Positions 24,590-36,445 are shown, counted from the whole stretch's first letter. The stretch is 63,439 nucleotides of DNA, filler included, from Octopus bimaculoides (GCF_001194135.2; 5 parts of 5 records of this genome joined end to end with filler, not necessarily neighbours in it); one strand, 5' to 3'. The notes: a model not told the origin generated them from the letters alone. Numbers and translations are program-made.

Positions 24590-25160
24590 CATATTATCTC
24601 TGGTTGCCCAGTCCTGGCTAAGAAGGAATATATTCACAGACACGACAGAGCTGGGACCTATATACACTGGAAGCTATGCCAACACTATGGAATAACAACA
24701 CAAAAAAGATGGTATAAACACACGCCAGAAAAGGTCACAGAAAACGAGAAAGCAACCATACTCTGGGATATGCCAATACACACAGATAGAGAAATTAAGG
24801 CAAATAGACCAGATATAGTTGTCAAAGATCATGAAGAAAAAAAATTCTTTCTANNNNNNNNNNNNNNNNNNNNNNNNNNNNNNNNNNNNNNNTCTAAAAA
24901 CAGAAACAATTCCTATCATAGTAGGTGCCTTAGGTATAATAAAAAAATATTCAGACAAATACATAACAAAAATACCAGGACTTACAAATATATATAACAT
25001 ACAGAAAATTGCACTACTGGGTACTGCACACATTCTACGCAAAACACTTTCAATACAGTAAACATAAGAGCACCACAGCAAACCACAGCACATACCCAAG
25101 GCGCACAGAACTGCGCTCGGTAGTGAAGTGAAAGCACGTTATAAAAATAAAACTACTGAA
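24588..25160 (+). mobile_element. 5'-truncated R4/Dong copy (zinc-knuckle end + REL endonuclease + 3'UTR)
   Basis: HIISGCPVLAKKEYIHRHD...ILWDMPIHTDREIKANRPDIVVKD; 3'UTR nearly identical to 23133-23231; AAT/AAC repeats on both sides. Confidence 0.9.
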
Positions 25161-25161
25161 C

Positions 25162-25192
<31 letters not shown>

Positions 25193-26769
25193 GTGAACCG
25201 ACTCTGAAACTGCTAATGCTAATGCTTTCAATGGTCGCATTTTGGGGACAGGAATGTTATTTTCATCTTCACTGTCAATATTGCTTACCCCTGGAGCAGG
25301 CTTCTGCAAATATCTGTGGAAATCAACCAAGGAACCCTTATCTCCGAGTTGGCGGTAGATGACATCTGTACTGACAACTGCTAACGAGATTATATGAAAA
25401 GCAAACGTGTGACACCATTTCCTGGTATGCATCTTGATTCGGTAAAGTCAGAGGAGCATATCAGCTTTATCTACTCCGTCCATGAAGCAGCTTTAGAATT
25501 TGACACTTGCAGGATGGGTACTTGCAGATCCTTGCGATTCTTGCGGTATATAGCAGTTGGCCTCTGATACAGGATCCTTATCGACAAAGTTGAAATGTCT
25601 CAGGACGCAGCGATTTTCGTGCCGTCCACAAATCACAAGATGGATCCACGCCCCTCCTTTCTCATTGCAGATTATGTAGGTATAGGGCAACCTCTTCACC
25701 TATCAGCTCTGAGTGTGCCAACTGCAAAGATTCCAAATAGATTAGCAAAGAAAATTTTATGCTTATCATTTTCAAGATCTTTGTAAGGCATAGCACCACA
25801 TCCTCGCTCTCTCCAAACTCACAAAGAACCGAACATTTGCTGGTTGCCCTTTTTCACCTTTTCCCCTGTAAACTTCAAAGTCGTAAATGTAGCTTGGTAT
25901 TTTATACGACACCGTTATCTTGTAAATTTGTTTCAGTTGTGAAAGGAACTGAAGGCGAAAAATTATAACGCGTAAGAACGTGTTGACCAGAAAATATCAA
26001 GACTCAGAAATAACTTGTAAGCAAAGCAACATCACCATTTAGACTTAATATATTCATTGAAACATTCTACACTTACAAGCAAAAAATGTAAACATTGATA
26101 TTCTGTATTCTTTATTTTCCTGATGTACAAAAACTTTTTATGAGAACCTACACTCAGATATCAAAGAAAATAAAAACAAACATAAATTAGAAAGAATGAA
26201 CATATCTGAAGATAATCAAACAGAAAAAAATAGCAAAAGTAAGCCTCCACTAGTTTATATTTTGAGCAAAGACTGTTCAGCTAACTGGAACTTACCTTAC
26301 AACTATCCTAATTAAGGCTACCATCTTGAAAGAACTTCAAGAGAATCCCACAATGCATTTGATTGTGAACATTAAACTTTGATGCCCAAGTCAACTAAAA
26401 TTGCGGTCGATACGTGACCTGTTCAAAATCAACAGACAGTTTAGTATTGTACACGTAAGTGTACATCAGGCCTTAAAGGGTTATAGACTAATAATATTTA
26501 GCCGTATGCCTGCCAACCTGTGTCTTTTCCTCCTCCAAAGTTGAGCGAGCAAGCTTAACTTCGCAAATTTCCAACATCAGCAACAACTCTTAAAATGACA
26601 ATGATAACAACTATGATAACAACTATACAGTTACCATGGCTACAGAAGGTAGCCATAAGGCCAAAAATAACAATAATAATGGCGATAAGTGGCGGCCACA
26701 ACTACTATAGTAGTATAATAATGGCAATAATAATGATGGTAATGTGCTGCCTAAAATTGACGAAACTAA

Positions 26770-28510
26770 ACCTCGAAGAATTATAGGCTAATTATGTAAC
26801 TTAATACCACTTACAAAATATTGACATCAATTCTAATGGAGTTTTCAAAGCAAAAGGGCTGCCGTAGGAATTCCTATGGCTGCAAAGATCAACTTCTGAT
26901 TAACCGAATGATACTTGAAAACTGCTCCTCTAAAAACTGTATCTTAGTACAACTCGGATAATGGATTGCGAAAGTTAGACTTGTACAAAATATCACCAAT
27001 TATTAAAAGTTTTCTTTACCAAAGTATGGGCATATGATACACAAAATTGCATCTCAATCATAATCATCTCACACCTTTTTTTTTTATATGGATAGCCTCA
27101 AGCTATATGCAAAAAATAATGATCTGGAGGAATTATTAACAACTGAAAAGCACCAAGTAAACGGAAAAAACTTGTTTCTGCATCGTCCATTACCTAAATG
27201 ACAACACTATTACCAAAGAATTAGGCCAAAATAGGACATACAAATATCTAGGAATAAATGGAAAGAAAAGGGTCCAACACAGCGCCGTGAAGGAAAAAAA
27301 ATCAGGAAAGATTATAGGAGAATAGACTGATTATGAAAACGGAACTAAATTTCCGGAAGAGGATTCAAGCCATTAATTCACTTATTGTTACAATGGTATA
27401 ATACAGTAATAATACAATTAGCTGGAATATAAATGAATTCCAATGAATGGACAACAAAAGGAGAAAACTAATGATAGCAAACAAGATGTATTGTCGAAAA
27501 GTTGGTGTTCACAGAAACTACATTCCTCAAAAAGAGAGTGACAAAGGTCTCATCCAGATAGAATTATCCTACAAGACCACCACAATAGGACTTAATTCAT
27601 ACATCCAGAATAACTACGATTGATGATGCAGCTAGTAAATCAACATGAAGGGAGCAAAAAGTTACATTCTGTCGTTTAAGAGGCTGATAAGTATGAAAGA
27701 GAACTAAACTTAGATGAAAATGATAATGCCAAAACTGCAATATTGAGAGAAGCAATAAAACACGAAAAACAAGATGCTAAGCGAAAAAGGCCTGAAAGCT
27801 TATAAACAAATAGCAAGAGAAATCGCTCCATGATCAGTATCCCAAACGAACAAGAGAAGCATATATAGATAAAGAAGGAACACGTCATTGGTTGCGCTGT
27901 TTAAGTCTAAAGGTAGAAACTGAAGCTCAGGATCAATCTCTACTCGCAAAAAACTACCAGGCAAAGGTTTTCCACAGTGGTGCTGATTCAAACTGTAGAT
28001 TTTGTGATGGTATTGAAGCCATCGACAACGTTGTGGGTGAATGCTCTAAGCTCACAATAACCGAGTACAAAAGCAGACTTGATCGAATAGGGCAGTACCT
28101 TATCAGCATGGGACATCTGTCTTCATTATGACATTTCCCTTCCTAAGAACTGGCATGAACACCCACACAAAACCAGTCACAAAGTTTTGTTCTGTGAGAA
28201 ACAGATAAATGTCGATAGACGTGATATTATCAAAGATTATCGACAAAATACCTGCCATCTCATAAATATGACAGTGCCAGTTGATAGAAATATCTCAGTC
28301 AAAGAATTAGAAAAGTTAGCTGAATATAAGGACTTAGATATAGAAATAAAAATGTGGAACTGAAAACAGCTATTCTACCGGCGGTATTAGGAGCACGAGA
28401 TATGGTTGAAATGGATCTTCAATCTTGATAAAATACCTGGAAAATCAAACATACAATTCTCAAAAGATTGCAGTAACCTCCACAGCCCATGGTTATCCCG
28501 AAGATATATA
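26770..28510 (+). mobile_element. Older, heavily decayed R4/Dong-like element (RT to REL)
   Basis: Remnants NYR...TTYKILTS, GCRRNSYGCKDQLLIN, TYKYLGING, ETEAQDQSLLAKNY...CRFC...GEC..L...EYKSRLD, EKLAEYKDLDIEI. Confidence 0.8.
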
Positions 28511-28514
28511 TAAA

Positions 28515-29102
28515 GACAAGATTTTGGTCAGACCGGTGCTAACAGGAAACAAAGTTTTGGACATTCCAGGATTAAAAGCAAAGAAGGTTCTTGTCATACC
28601 GGAGAATAGTAGAATAAAATGTTTTGACTTGATCGAGGCTAACAGGAAACAAGTCTCTGGTCAGATTGGGTCTAAAAGGAGATAAGGCTTTGGTCATCTC
28701 GCTGTTATAATAGTAAATAATGCCTTGGTCAGACAATAACCATATAAGTGTCAAAGCTTTTGTCATTTCGGGTCCTTAACAGAGGTCAAAAATTTGTTGT
28801 TCCAGAGCTATTGAAGAAACAACGATTTGGACTATCTTGTATTATTAAATAACAAAACACTAGTCTTTGGTCGGCCTTGGTCTAAATGGAGATCATTTTT
28901 TGTTAACCAGGGCTGTAGTAAGTAACAAGTTTTTGTCAGGTCGAGACTTCATAGAAGAGAATTTAGTCAACACGGGCCTATAATGGACAAAGTTTTGATC
29001 AGACCGATACTAACAGGAAACAAGTCTCTGGTCAGATTGGGTCTAAAAGGAGATAAGGCTTTGGTCATCTCGCTGTTATAATAGTAAATAATGCCTTGGT
29101 CA
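28515..29102 (+). repeat. Diverged ~33-bp (11-codon) tandem repeat with a 93-bp exact duplication
   Basis: Units translate as DKILVRPVLTG / NKVLDIPGLKA / KKVLVIPENSR / NKSLVRLGLKG / DKALVIS; 28639-28731 is identical to 29010-29102. Confidence 0.75.
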
Positions 29103-29202
29103 NNNNNNNNNNNNNNNNNNNNNNNNNNNNNNNNNNNNNNNNNNNNTTAATTAATTAANNNNNNNNNNNNNNNNNNNNNNNNNNNNNNNNNNNNNNNNNN
29201 NN
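29103..29202. other. Assembly linker 44 N + TTAATTAATTAA + 44 N
   Basis: Same construct as 4233-4332. Confidence 0.95.
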
Positions 29203-29937
29203 ATACAACTGTTCATCGTCATCTTCAACAACTTGGAAAGATTCCTAAACTTGGAAAATGGGTGCCTCATGAATTGTCCAAAAGCAACCGCAAATCCCGA
29301 GTTGACATCTGCTCTTCTCTCCATTCTCGTGAACTCATTTCACCCTTTTTGGATAGACTTGTGACTGGTGACGAAAAATGGATCTTCTATCGAAATGTTA
29401 AACGTCGTAAACTGGCTTGGTAAAAGGAAAAAAGCTCAACCGCAACCGAGAAGGGAACTTCATGAGAAAAAGGTTCTTCTCTCTATTTGGTAGGATTGCA
29501 AAGGAGTAATTCACTTTGAATTGTTACCACCTAATGCAACGATGAATGCTCACGTCTACTGTCAGCAATTAGAGTGTTTGAACCAAGCTTTGAAGAAAAA
29601 AGGACCCACTTTAGTGAATCGAAAAAGAGTGATGTTTCATCAGGACATTGTGCGACCCCACACTGCAAAGATCACATCACAGAAGATCGCGGAGCTTGGC
29701 TGGGAAAAAATTCCTCATCCACCTTATTCTCCCGACCTTGCTCCTTCAGACTACCATTTGTTTCGTAGTTTACAGAATCATTTGGGGGACATAACTTTCG
29801 CAAGCCAGGAAGAGGTCGAAACTGACATATCAGGGTCTTCGCTTTGAAACCAAGAGTTTTACATTGATGGGATTAAAAAGCTTGTAAATAAATGGAAGGG
29901 AGTCATATATAATCAGGGAAAGTACATTGATGATTAA
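29203..29937 (+). mobile_element. mariner-like (D,D34D) transposase, C-terminal two-thirds, pseudogenised
   Basis: WVPHEL, VTGDEKW, FHQDIVRPH, HPPYSPDLAPSDYHLF, ending GKYIDD*; frameshifts and an internal stop; the 5' part lies in the gap. Confidence 0.92.
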
Positions 29938-30004
29938 ATTTCAATTAAATATAACATGTGGGGGTGATTTGATTACTTAAGTGTGTACATATATATATCT
30001 CTTT

Positions 30005-30085
30005 CCCGCCGGTCTTAGAAATCGAAATCGTGATCTTGCGATCGCGAGTGCAACGCCCTAATCACTAAACCACGCATCATCACAA
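30005..30085 (-). mobile_element. tRNA-like SINE head (family E)
   Basis: Reverse complement GCGTGGTTTAGTGATTAGGG...TTTCGATTTC resembles the head at 43815. Confidence 0.55.
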
Positions 30086-30106
30086 AAAATATATGAATTC
30101 ATATCG

Positions 30107-30318
30107 GTTTCAAATTTTGACACAAGGTCAGTAATTTCGGTGGAAAGTGTAAGTCGATTAGATCGACCCCAGTGCCTAGCTGGTACTTATTTTATCGACC
30201 CTGAAAAGATGAAAGACAACGTTGACCTCTGTGGAATTGGAACTTAAGACTTCAAGAGGGACAAAATGCCGTTAAGCATTTTGTCCGGCGTACAAACGAT
30301 TCTGCCAGCTCGCTGCCT
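30107..30318 (-). mobile_element. tRNA-derived SINE (family A)
   Basis: Reverse complement of the GGCGGCGAGCTGGCAGAATCG...GAGTTCAAAT...GTCGATAAAATAAGTACCAG unit also at 34089, 37764, 44168, 47251 and 47470. Confidence 0.85.
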
Positions 30319-30426
30319 CAATATATGTATTCATATTCCTACATTGTATCCACATCGTCCTACACTCTCATACACCACTGTGACTCCGACTATCTTGATG
30401 GGGACCGTATGTTATTAAATTCTTAC

Positions 30427-30592
30427 GGCGCAGGCGTGGCTGTGTGGTAAGTAGCTTGCTCCCCAGCAATACTGTTCCTGGTTCAGTCCCGCTGCGTGGT
30501 ACCTTGGGCCAGTATTTTCTAGTGTGATCTTTGGCCGACCATAGTCTTGTAAGTGGACTTGGTAGATAGAAACTGAAAGAAGTGCGTCGCGT
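30427..30592 (+). mobile_element. tRNA-derived SINE (family B), head only, followed by (ATAC)n
   Basis: GGCGCAGGCGTGGCTGTGTGGTAAG...GGTTCAGTCCC...GGAAACTGAAAGAAG; same head at 39363, 42101, 43012 and 54058. Confidence 0.85.
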
Positions 30593-30609
30593 ATACATAC
30601 ATACATACA

Positions 30610-30660
<51 letters not shown>

Positions 30661-31988
30661 CAAAATGAGTAAGAAGGATATCCAGAGGTAATGCAGTACG
30701 ATCGTTTCATGCAACTCCATTTAATTGAACAATGCAATCATTACATCAATTTAAAATGCAGAGCAATCGTCAGCTGCACAAAGACATAGAATTTAATTAA
30801 ATTAGAACAGATGGACACATTAGTATAATTATACCTAAAATCTCCAAGAAGTTGAGATAGACAAAGAACATGCTGTCTTCACTTCAGCATAGAAGTTACT
30901 AAAGAAGATATACATTGTTCCAGACTCTGCCTGTCACTGATTTTTTTTTGTTTTTATGGGGTCAGTTTTAATTTATAGTCTAGTTTTATCAAATCCTTGT
31001 ATATCTAAGGCTGAGAGAACAAAGGGGCAGTATCTGTTATGGGTAGGGCTGAAGGAGCAGACAGAAATCATAGTTGGTAGAGTCATAAAAATCAAGATTT
31101 ATTAGAAGCAATATCATGAGGTTTGGAAAAGGAAAACTGAAAACAAGATGTTAGCTGACAATTAAGAGGGGAAGTCTTATCATGTAGTACTATAGTTAAA
31201 TAATTTAAACAATATTGCTTTATTGTATACAGTTAAAGTTTAGAGTTATTCAGAGGATTATTAACAAGAATATTATAACAAAAGGATAGAAATTTATGAA
31301 TACTTTTGAGTATATTCCTTCCTTCCTTCCTTCCTTCCTTCCATCAGTCCGTCCGTCCGTCCGTCCGTCTGTCCAGCTCTCCGCTATCTACTTTTACATA
31401 TTACATATTGCCTGCTTAGGGCTTGTATCAAGGTTATAGATTTTCATTGGTATCTACTATCCATAAATAGATTACATACACACACACATACATACATACA
31501 TACATACATACATACATGCATGCATACATACATACGTAGATACATACATACATACATACATACATACATACGTACGAACATACATACATACATACATACA
31601 TACATACATACATACATACATACATACGTGGCATGCATAATATTCACACACGCTCACATACACACATTGCGTTACACGCTGGCATCCAACAAAGCCAGTA
31701 ACGATGTTTTTTATTCCTTTCAGTTCTTCCGTATTTCCCTTCACCAGCACTTTCGAACAAAAAAAAAAACACACGTTAGACCAGCTGTGGGNNNNNNNNN
31801 NNNNNNNNNNNNNNNNNNNNNNNNNNNNNNNNNNNNNNNNNNNNNNNNNNNNNNNNNNNNNNNNNNNNNNNNNNNNNNNNNNNNNNNNNNNNNNNNNNNN
31901 NNNNNNNNNNNNNNNNNNNNNNNNNNNNNNNNNNNNNNNNNNNNNNNNNNNNNNNNNNNNNNNNNNNNNNNNNNNNNNNNNNNTATAT

Positions 31989-32036
<48 letters not shown>

Positions 32037-32097
32037 ATATATATATATATATATACATATATGCATACATGTATATATACATAAATACATACATATA

Positions 32098-32128
<31 letters not shown>

Positions 32129-32509
32129 GTATCCATGTATGGATGCATGTCTGTATGTGTGTGTGACAGTGAATGTCTATGTGAGGTCACATATGTGTGA
32201 ATATTGTACGTATGTGTTCCTGTGGACAATTCTCACTTCTCTCTTTCTCTCTCTCCATCTCTCTTACCCTCTCCTCCTCCCTCTTACTTTCTGTATGTAC
32301 GTATGTATGCCCGTGTTAGAGTATGCGTGCTCATGTATATATTTATATGGGCGTCATATATATATTTATATGTTCATATTGTATTTGTGTTGCTATCTGT
32401 CTGTCTGTATGTCTGTCAGTTTGCTTTTCTGCCTGAATGTTCATCTGTATCTGTATATATGGTTTTTGTTTCTGTTTAATTAAGAGTTAATTTTTTTTAC
32501 TGGCGACCA

Positions 32510-32960
32510 TCTTAGTAGCAATGTTTTGAAGTAGAGCATCTTGTTTTGTACATCATCCTTTAAATCTTACGAATGTCTTGCAGATTTTTATTCTTCTAGA
32601 TATCGTGATCATGTGTAGTGTTAGAATTAAGGAGTTGTATTCTCTCCCTGAGAACCAAAGTTCAGCCATATTTTGCTCCAGACGGGTCTGTATCTATCCA
32701 GTTGCTTCAATTGTAATAGGTATGAAACTGAAAGTGTAACCTGGCTACTGGACTTTCAAACTCTTTATCAATGGTCCATTGTACCCAAAAGGCAACTGAT
32801 TTCCACAACAGAGCAAACATTTTCTTGTGGTTCCACACAATACCTAGCGGTTATGTTTTAATTTGGTAGATAGTTAGTTCCACCAATATACTTTTAACCT
32901 ACCACTCTGAATGTAGTTAGCTTCGCTCCGCTTGTTGGTATTTTCTTCTTTTCTTATCCT
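32510..32960 (-). mobile_element. Decayed REL-endonuclease end of an R4/CRE-like non-LTR element
   Basis: Minus frames give KHNR..IV.W...SVVEISC and FIPITIEATG...KICKTF, resembling the REL C-terminus. Confidence 0.45.
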
Positions 32961-33046
32961 GTTTCAGATTGTTCTGGTCACCACATCATACCGCATAGGA
33001 AGATGATATCTAGAAGAAATTCTCTCACAGTTAGCAATAATATGGT

Positions 33047-33095
<49 letters not shown>

Positions 33096-34088
33096 ATGCG
33101 TCTGTGTGCATGTATATGTGTGTGTGCGTGTGTATTTGTGTGTGTGTGAGTGTGCGAATGTTTGTAGTGCTTTTGTATATATCTAAAAGTGTGTGTTTGC
33201 ACGCACAGAGATCACAATACAACCATAATGTTACCCAAGGGAAACAGGATATAGTTGAAATCTATTTGATGCCGCCATGTTTACAGTTAAGGGTCTTTTT
33301 TTTTTCAACAGCAACGGGTTCTATATTGATAACTAAAACAAACATTTCCGTGAAGTTATTTTGAAAATAACTGTGTTTATCGTATTATTTATATTAAAGA
33401 GGCACTAGCTTGTTTTAGAATGGAATCTTCGAAATCACCAGGGAAAGCTATAAAATCCCCTTCGTTCTATATGGGAACATACATACATACATGCATACAT
33501 GCGTATGTATGTATACACGCACACACACACTCAAATAAATTCGCATAGATATATATACATAAATACATATAAATATTTTAATTTATGCATGTGAATACAT
33601 TATACTTGCGTATGTATACCTTTATAATTTATAAACACATATGCATGTATGTTGGTTAGTGTGAATGTATGTAGGTATGTATATGTAAGTACATATGTAT
33701 GTACTATTCTATTTCTGTTTATATAAATTCTTCCTGTTAATAAGAAGTTGGTTTCTAACAAAGATACACCGCTCCATTGTTGGAAATGCATGCAGCAAAA
33801 CTAATGAAACTTGTCGAACTTGAGAGAAGACTTGAATGTTTTTATTGTTCAATTTACAGATTGTATTTCTAACATGCATATTAGCTGGTTAATTTTTCCC
33901 TGAAAACCCTAGTTCTCCCAGATTGTCAATGTTAAGCATTTACTTATAAAATCAAGCGCCACTAGTATGTGACGATCTCAAGAATTCTCCAAAGTTAACA
34001 TGTCATCCAGGAATATGACAGGCTTATCAGGAGATAAGAAGACAATGTTGGTTACGTGTTTTCTGCCTCATTATCTCCCTTTCTCGAA

Positions 34089-34300
34089 AGCGGCGAACTG
34101 GCAGAATCGTTAGCGCGTTGGACGAAATGATTAGCGGTATTTCGTCTGCTGCTACGTTCTGAGTTCAAATTCAGCCGAGGTCGACTATGCCTTTCACCCT
34201 TTCTGAGTCTATAAATTAAGTACCAGTGAAATACTGGGGTCGATGTAATTGACCATCCTCCTCCCCCCAAATTTCAGGCCTTGTATCTATAATAGAAAAG
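34089..34300 (+). mobile_element. tRNA-derived SINE (family A)
   Basis: Full unit with A-box-like TGGCAGAATCG and B-box-like GAGTTCAAATTC. Confidence 0.85.
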
Positions 34301-34509
34301 ACTATCTCCCTTTTTCATATACATTGATCTAAGTTGCTATTTGGTTATTGTGACACCAGAGGTAATTTTAATTAATGTATGGCATTTAAGATATGTGTAT
34401 TTGTCTATATTGTCATATATATATGCTATTGGCCACTCTGAAATATATCTCTTAGATAATTCTTATTTAATTTATGCAAATCATATTTGTGTGTATGTCT
34501 ATGTCCCTT

Positions 34510-34554
34510 GTCGTGCTGATGACGCCTATTGAGGCAGAAATAACTGAACACGAC
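34510..34554 (+). ncRNA. Hammerhead-like motif with altered cleavage site
   Basis: GUCGUG-CUGAUGA-C-GCC-UAUUGA-GGC-A-GAAA-UAACUGAA-CACGAC. Perfect 6-bp stem I and intact CUGAUGA/GAAA, but no NUH triplet. Confidence 0.5.
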
Positions 34555-34767
34555 TGTCTTCTTATCTCTACACAATGAGCCACACCTGCTTCTTACTGAC
34601 ATATCAGCATGGGAGAATTCTTGGCTCTTGAAATCATCTCCCCTCCTCATATGGAGCTGTTCTTAATTGCCATTTGATAATTGAGACACATCCTCTAGAG
34701 GCGAAGATTGTTTTATTTATTAAGAATTTATGTATGGTATAGCATATATCCGTCTGTTTGTCTCCGC

Positions 34768-34858
34768 CTGTCTGTCTGTCTGCTTGTCTGTCTGTCTGCT
34801 TGTCTGTCTGTTTGCTTGTCTGTCTGTCTGCTTGTCTGTCTGTCTGCTTGTCTGTCTG

Positions 34859-34902
<44 letters not shown>
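34768..34902. repeat. (CTGT)n / (CT)n microsatellite
   Basis: Seen directly. Confidence 0.9.
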
Positions 34903-34903
<1 letters not shown>

Positions 34904-36159
34904 NNNNNNNNNNNNNNNNNNNNNNNNNNNNNNNNNNNNNNNNNNNNNNNNNNNNNNNNNNNNNNNNNNNNNNNNNNNNNNNNNNNNNNNNNNNNNNNNN
35001 NNNNNNNNNNNNNNNNNNNNNNNNNNNNNNNNNNNNNNNNNNNNNNNNNNNNNNNNNNNNNNNNNNNNNNNNNNNNNNNNNNNNNNNNNNNNNNNNNNNN
35101 NNNNNNNNNNNNNNNNNNNNNNNNNNNNNNNNNNNNNNNNNNNNNNNNNNNNNNNNNNNNNNNNNNNNNNNNNNNNNNNNNNNNNNNNNNNNNNNNNNNN
35201 NNNNNNNNNNNNNNNNNNNNNNNNNNNNNTATATATATATATATATATGCATACATAACAGACACACACATATATGTAGACATAAATATAAACACATACA
35301 TTTATTTATACGTGTGTGTGTGTGTGTGTGTTTGTGTATTAATTATTTGAATTTCTTATAAAGAACAAGCTGATCTGTAATCCAGAAACAAAGCCCCATC
35401 GCTGGAATTAATGTAGCAACAATAGGGAAGAATTCCATATTGATTTTTAGAAAAGGCCTTTTACTGTTCCAGCTTTACTTTACATTAATAAAGAAAATGT
35501 TAGTTGGGTACATGTTTTGATAGAAAAACTCCGCTTTTAGAGATTGCCACGAAAGCATCTACCAACGTAATTTAGTAAACCAATAATTGTAGGCATATGC
35601 GTGAATTTATAGCCTGGATAGAGAAGTCGAAGGCTTCGAAGTACTTGTCTGTAAATATTACTTTCTCGTTTATCTTGAAAGTAATATTCACATTTGTGAA
35701 TATAACCGACTTCGAAAACTAAGCATAATTTTTCTTTCCTCTTTCAAACGAATCTTTGAGGTTTATGTTTGCATTTTGCGACAAATTAAATGGGATTGTT
35801 TCATTTATATTTCTTGTGTATTATTTAAAAGTACTATTTTGGAACAGTGCATAAACAGGAACGCAATTTCATAAGTTAGATTGTATGGAGTTTACGACGT
35901 TTATAAATAATATTACCGCGACAACCAGAAATGAAATTAAAAGCGTGAGCTTGAAGCAGCCGTTTCGCACGTGTCGTTCACAAAAGATTTTAAACGACAG
36001 AACGTGAGGATGAGCGTTTTCTTCAAACATTCATTTCATATTTCAAAAATTATACAAGCAGTGGATGTTCAAAAGAAAACAAGGTTCGGTTTGCCAGCTG
36101 ATGATAGGAAACGAGCAACTGAGTACTAGAAATCGGAGGCCTGAGGTTATATATCATTG

Positions 36160-36445
36160 GTTCCCTCCGTCATTAGACGATTTATAAGGGTTCTACAATT
36201 ACTTGCTGAGAAATTTAGTTGGTTTGCTTATAGTGATCAAAATGTTTGTGTTCACATAAGCCGATTTCTTCCATCAAATCAACATTACCTGTGAAGGTGT
36301 ACGACGTACCGCAGATGACGAAATGATCACAGAGCAACGTGAAATGAAGTGTTTTCTTTTAGAACACTGCGCAACGCTCAGTCTGGGAATTGAAACCACG
36401 ATCTTGCAATCATGAGTGCAACATTCTAACCACTATAAGCCATGT
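36160..36445 (-). mobile_element. tRNA-headed SINE (family E)
   Basis: Reverse complement GAAGGTACATGGCTTATAGTGGTTAG...GGTTTCAATTCCC...AACACTTCATTTCACGTTGCTC matches 43815-43930. Confidence 0.7.

Larger units (their letters stand above)
24136..26480 (-). mobile_element. piggyBac-like DNA transposon, decayed, interrupted by a nested insertion at 24379-25190
   Basis: Minus frames give YIYDFEVYRGKG, GIFAVGTLRA, MDGVDKADML and a C-terminal Cys-rich remnant GCQTK...C...CYLKFH*. The right end reads ...AAAGGG-TTAT (TTAA-like). Subterminal palindromes TGTACACTTAAGTGTACA (24136-24153) and TGTACACGTAAGTGTACA (26448-26465). Confidence 0.75.

Noticed and set aside
28515-29102. CRISPR-like repeat-spacer array
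   Set aside because: Units are contiguous diverged tandem repeats without unique spacers, the context is eukaryotic and there are no cas genes.
30427-30500. tRNA genes at SINE heads
   Set aside because: A/B-box-like motifs are present but no complete cloverleaf, and each continues into a shared SINE body.
36095-36121. CAG-CTGATGA-TAG-GAAAC-GAGCAA-CTG
   Set aside because: Stem II is absent, there is no NUH and stem I is only 3 bp, so it is probably chance or fully decayed.
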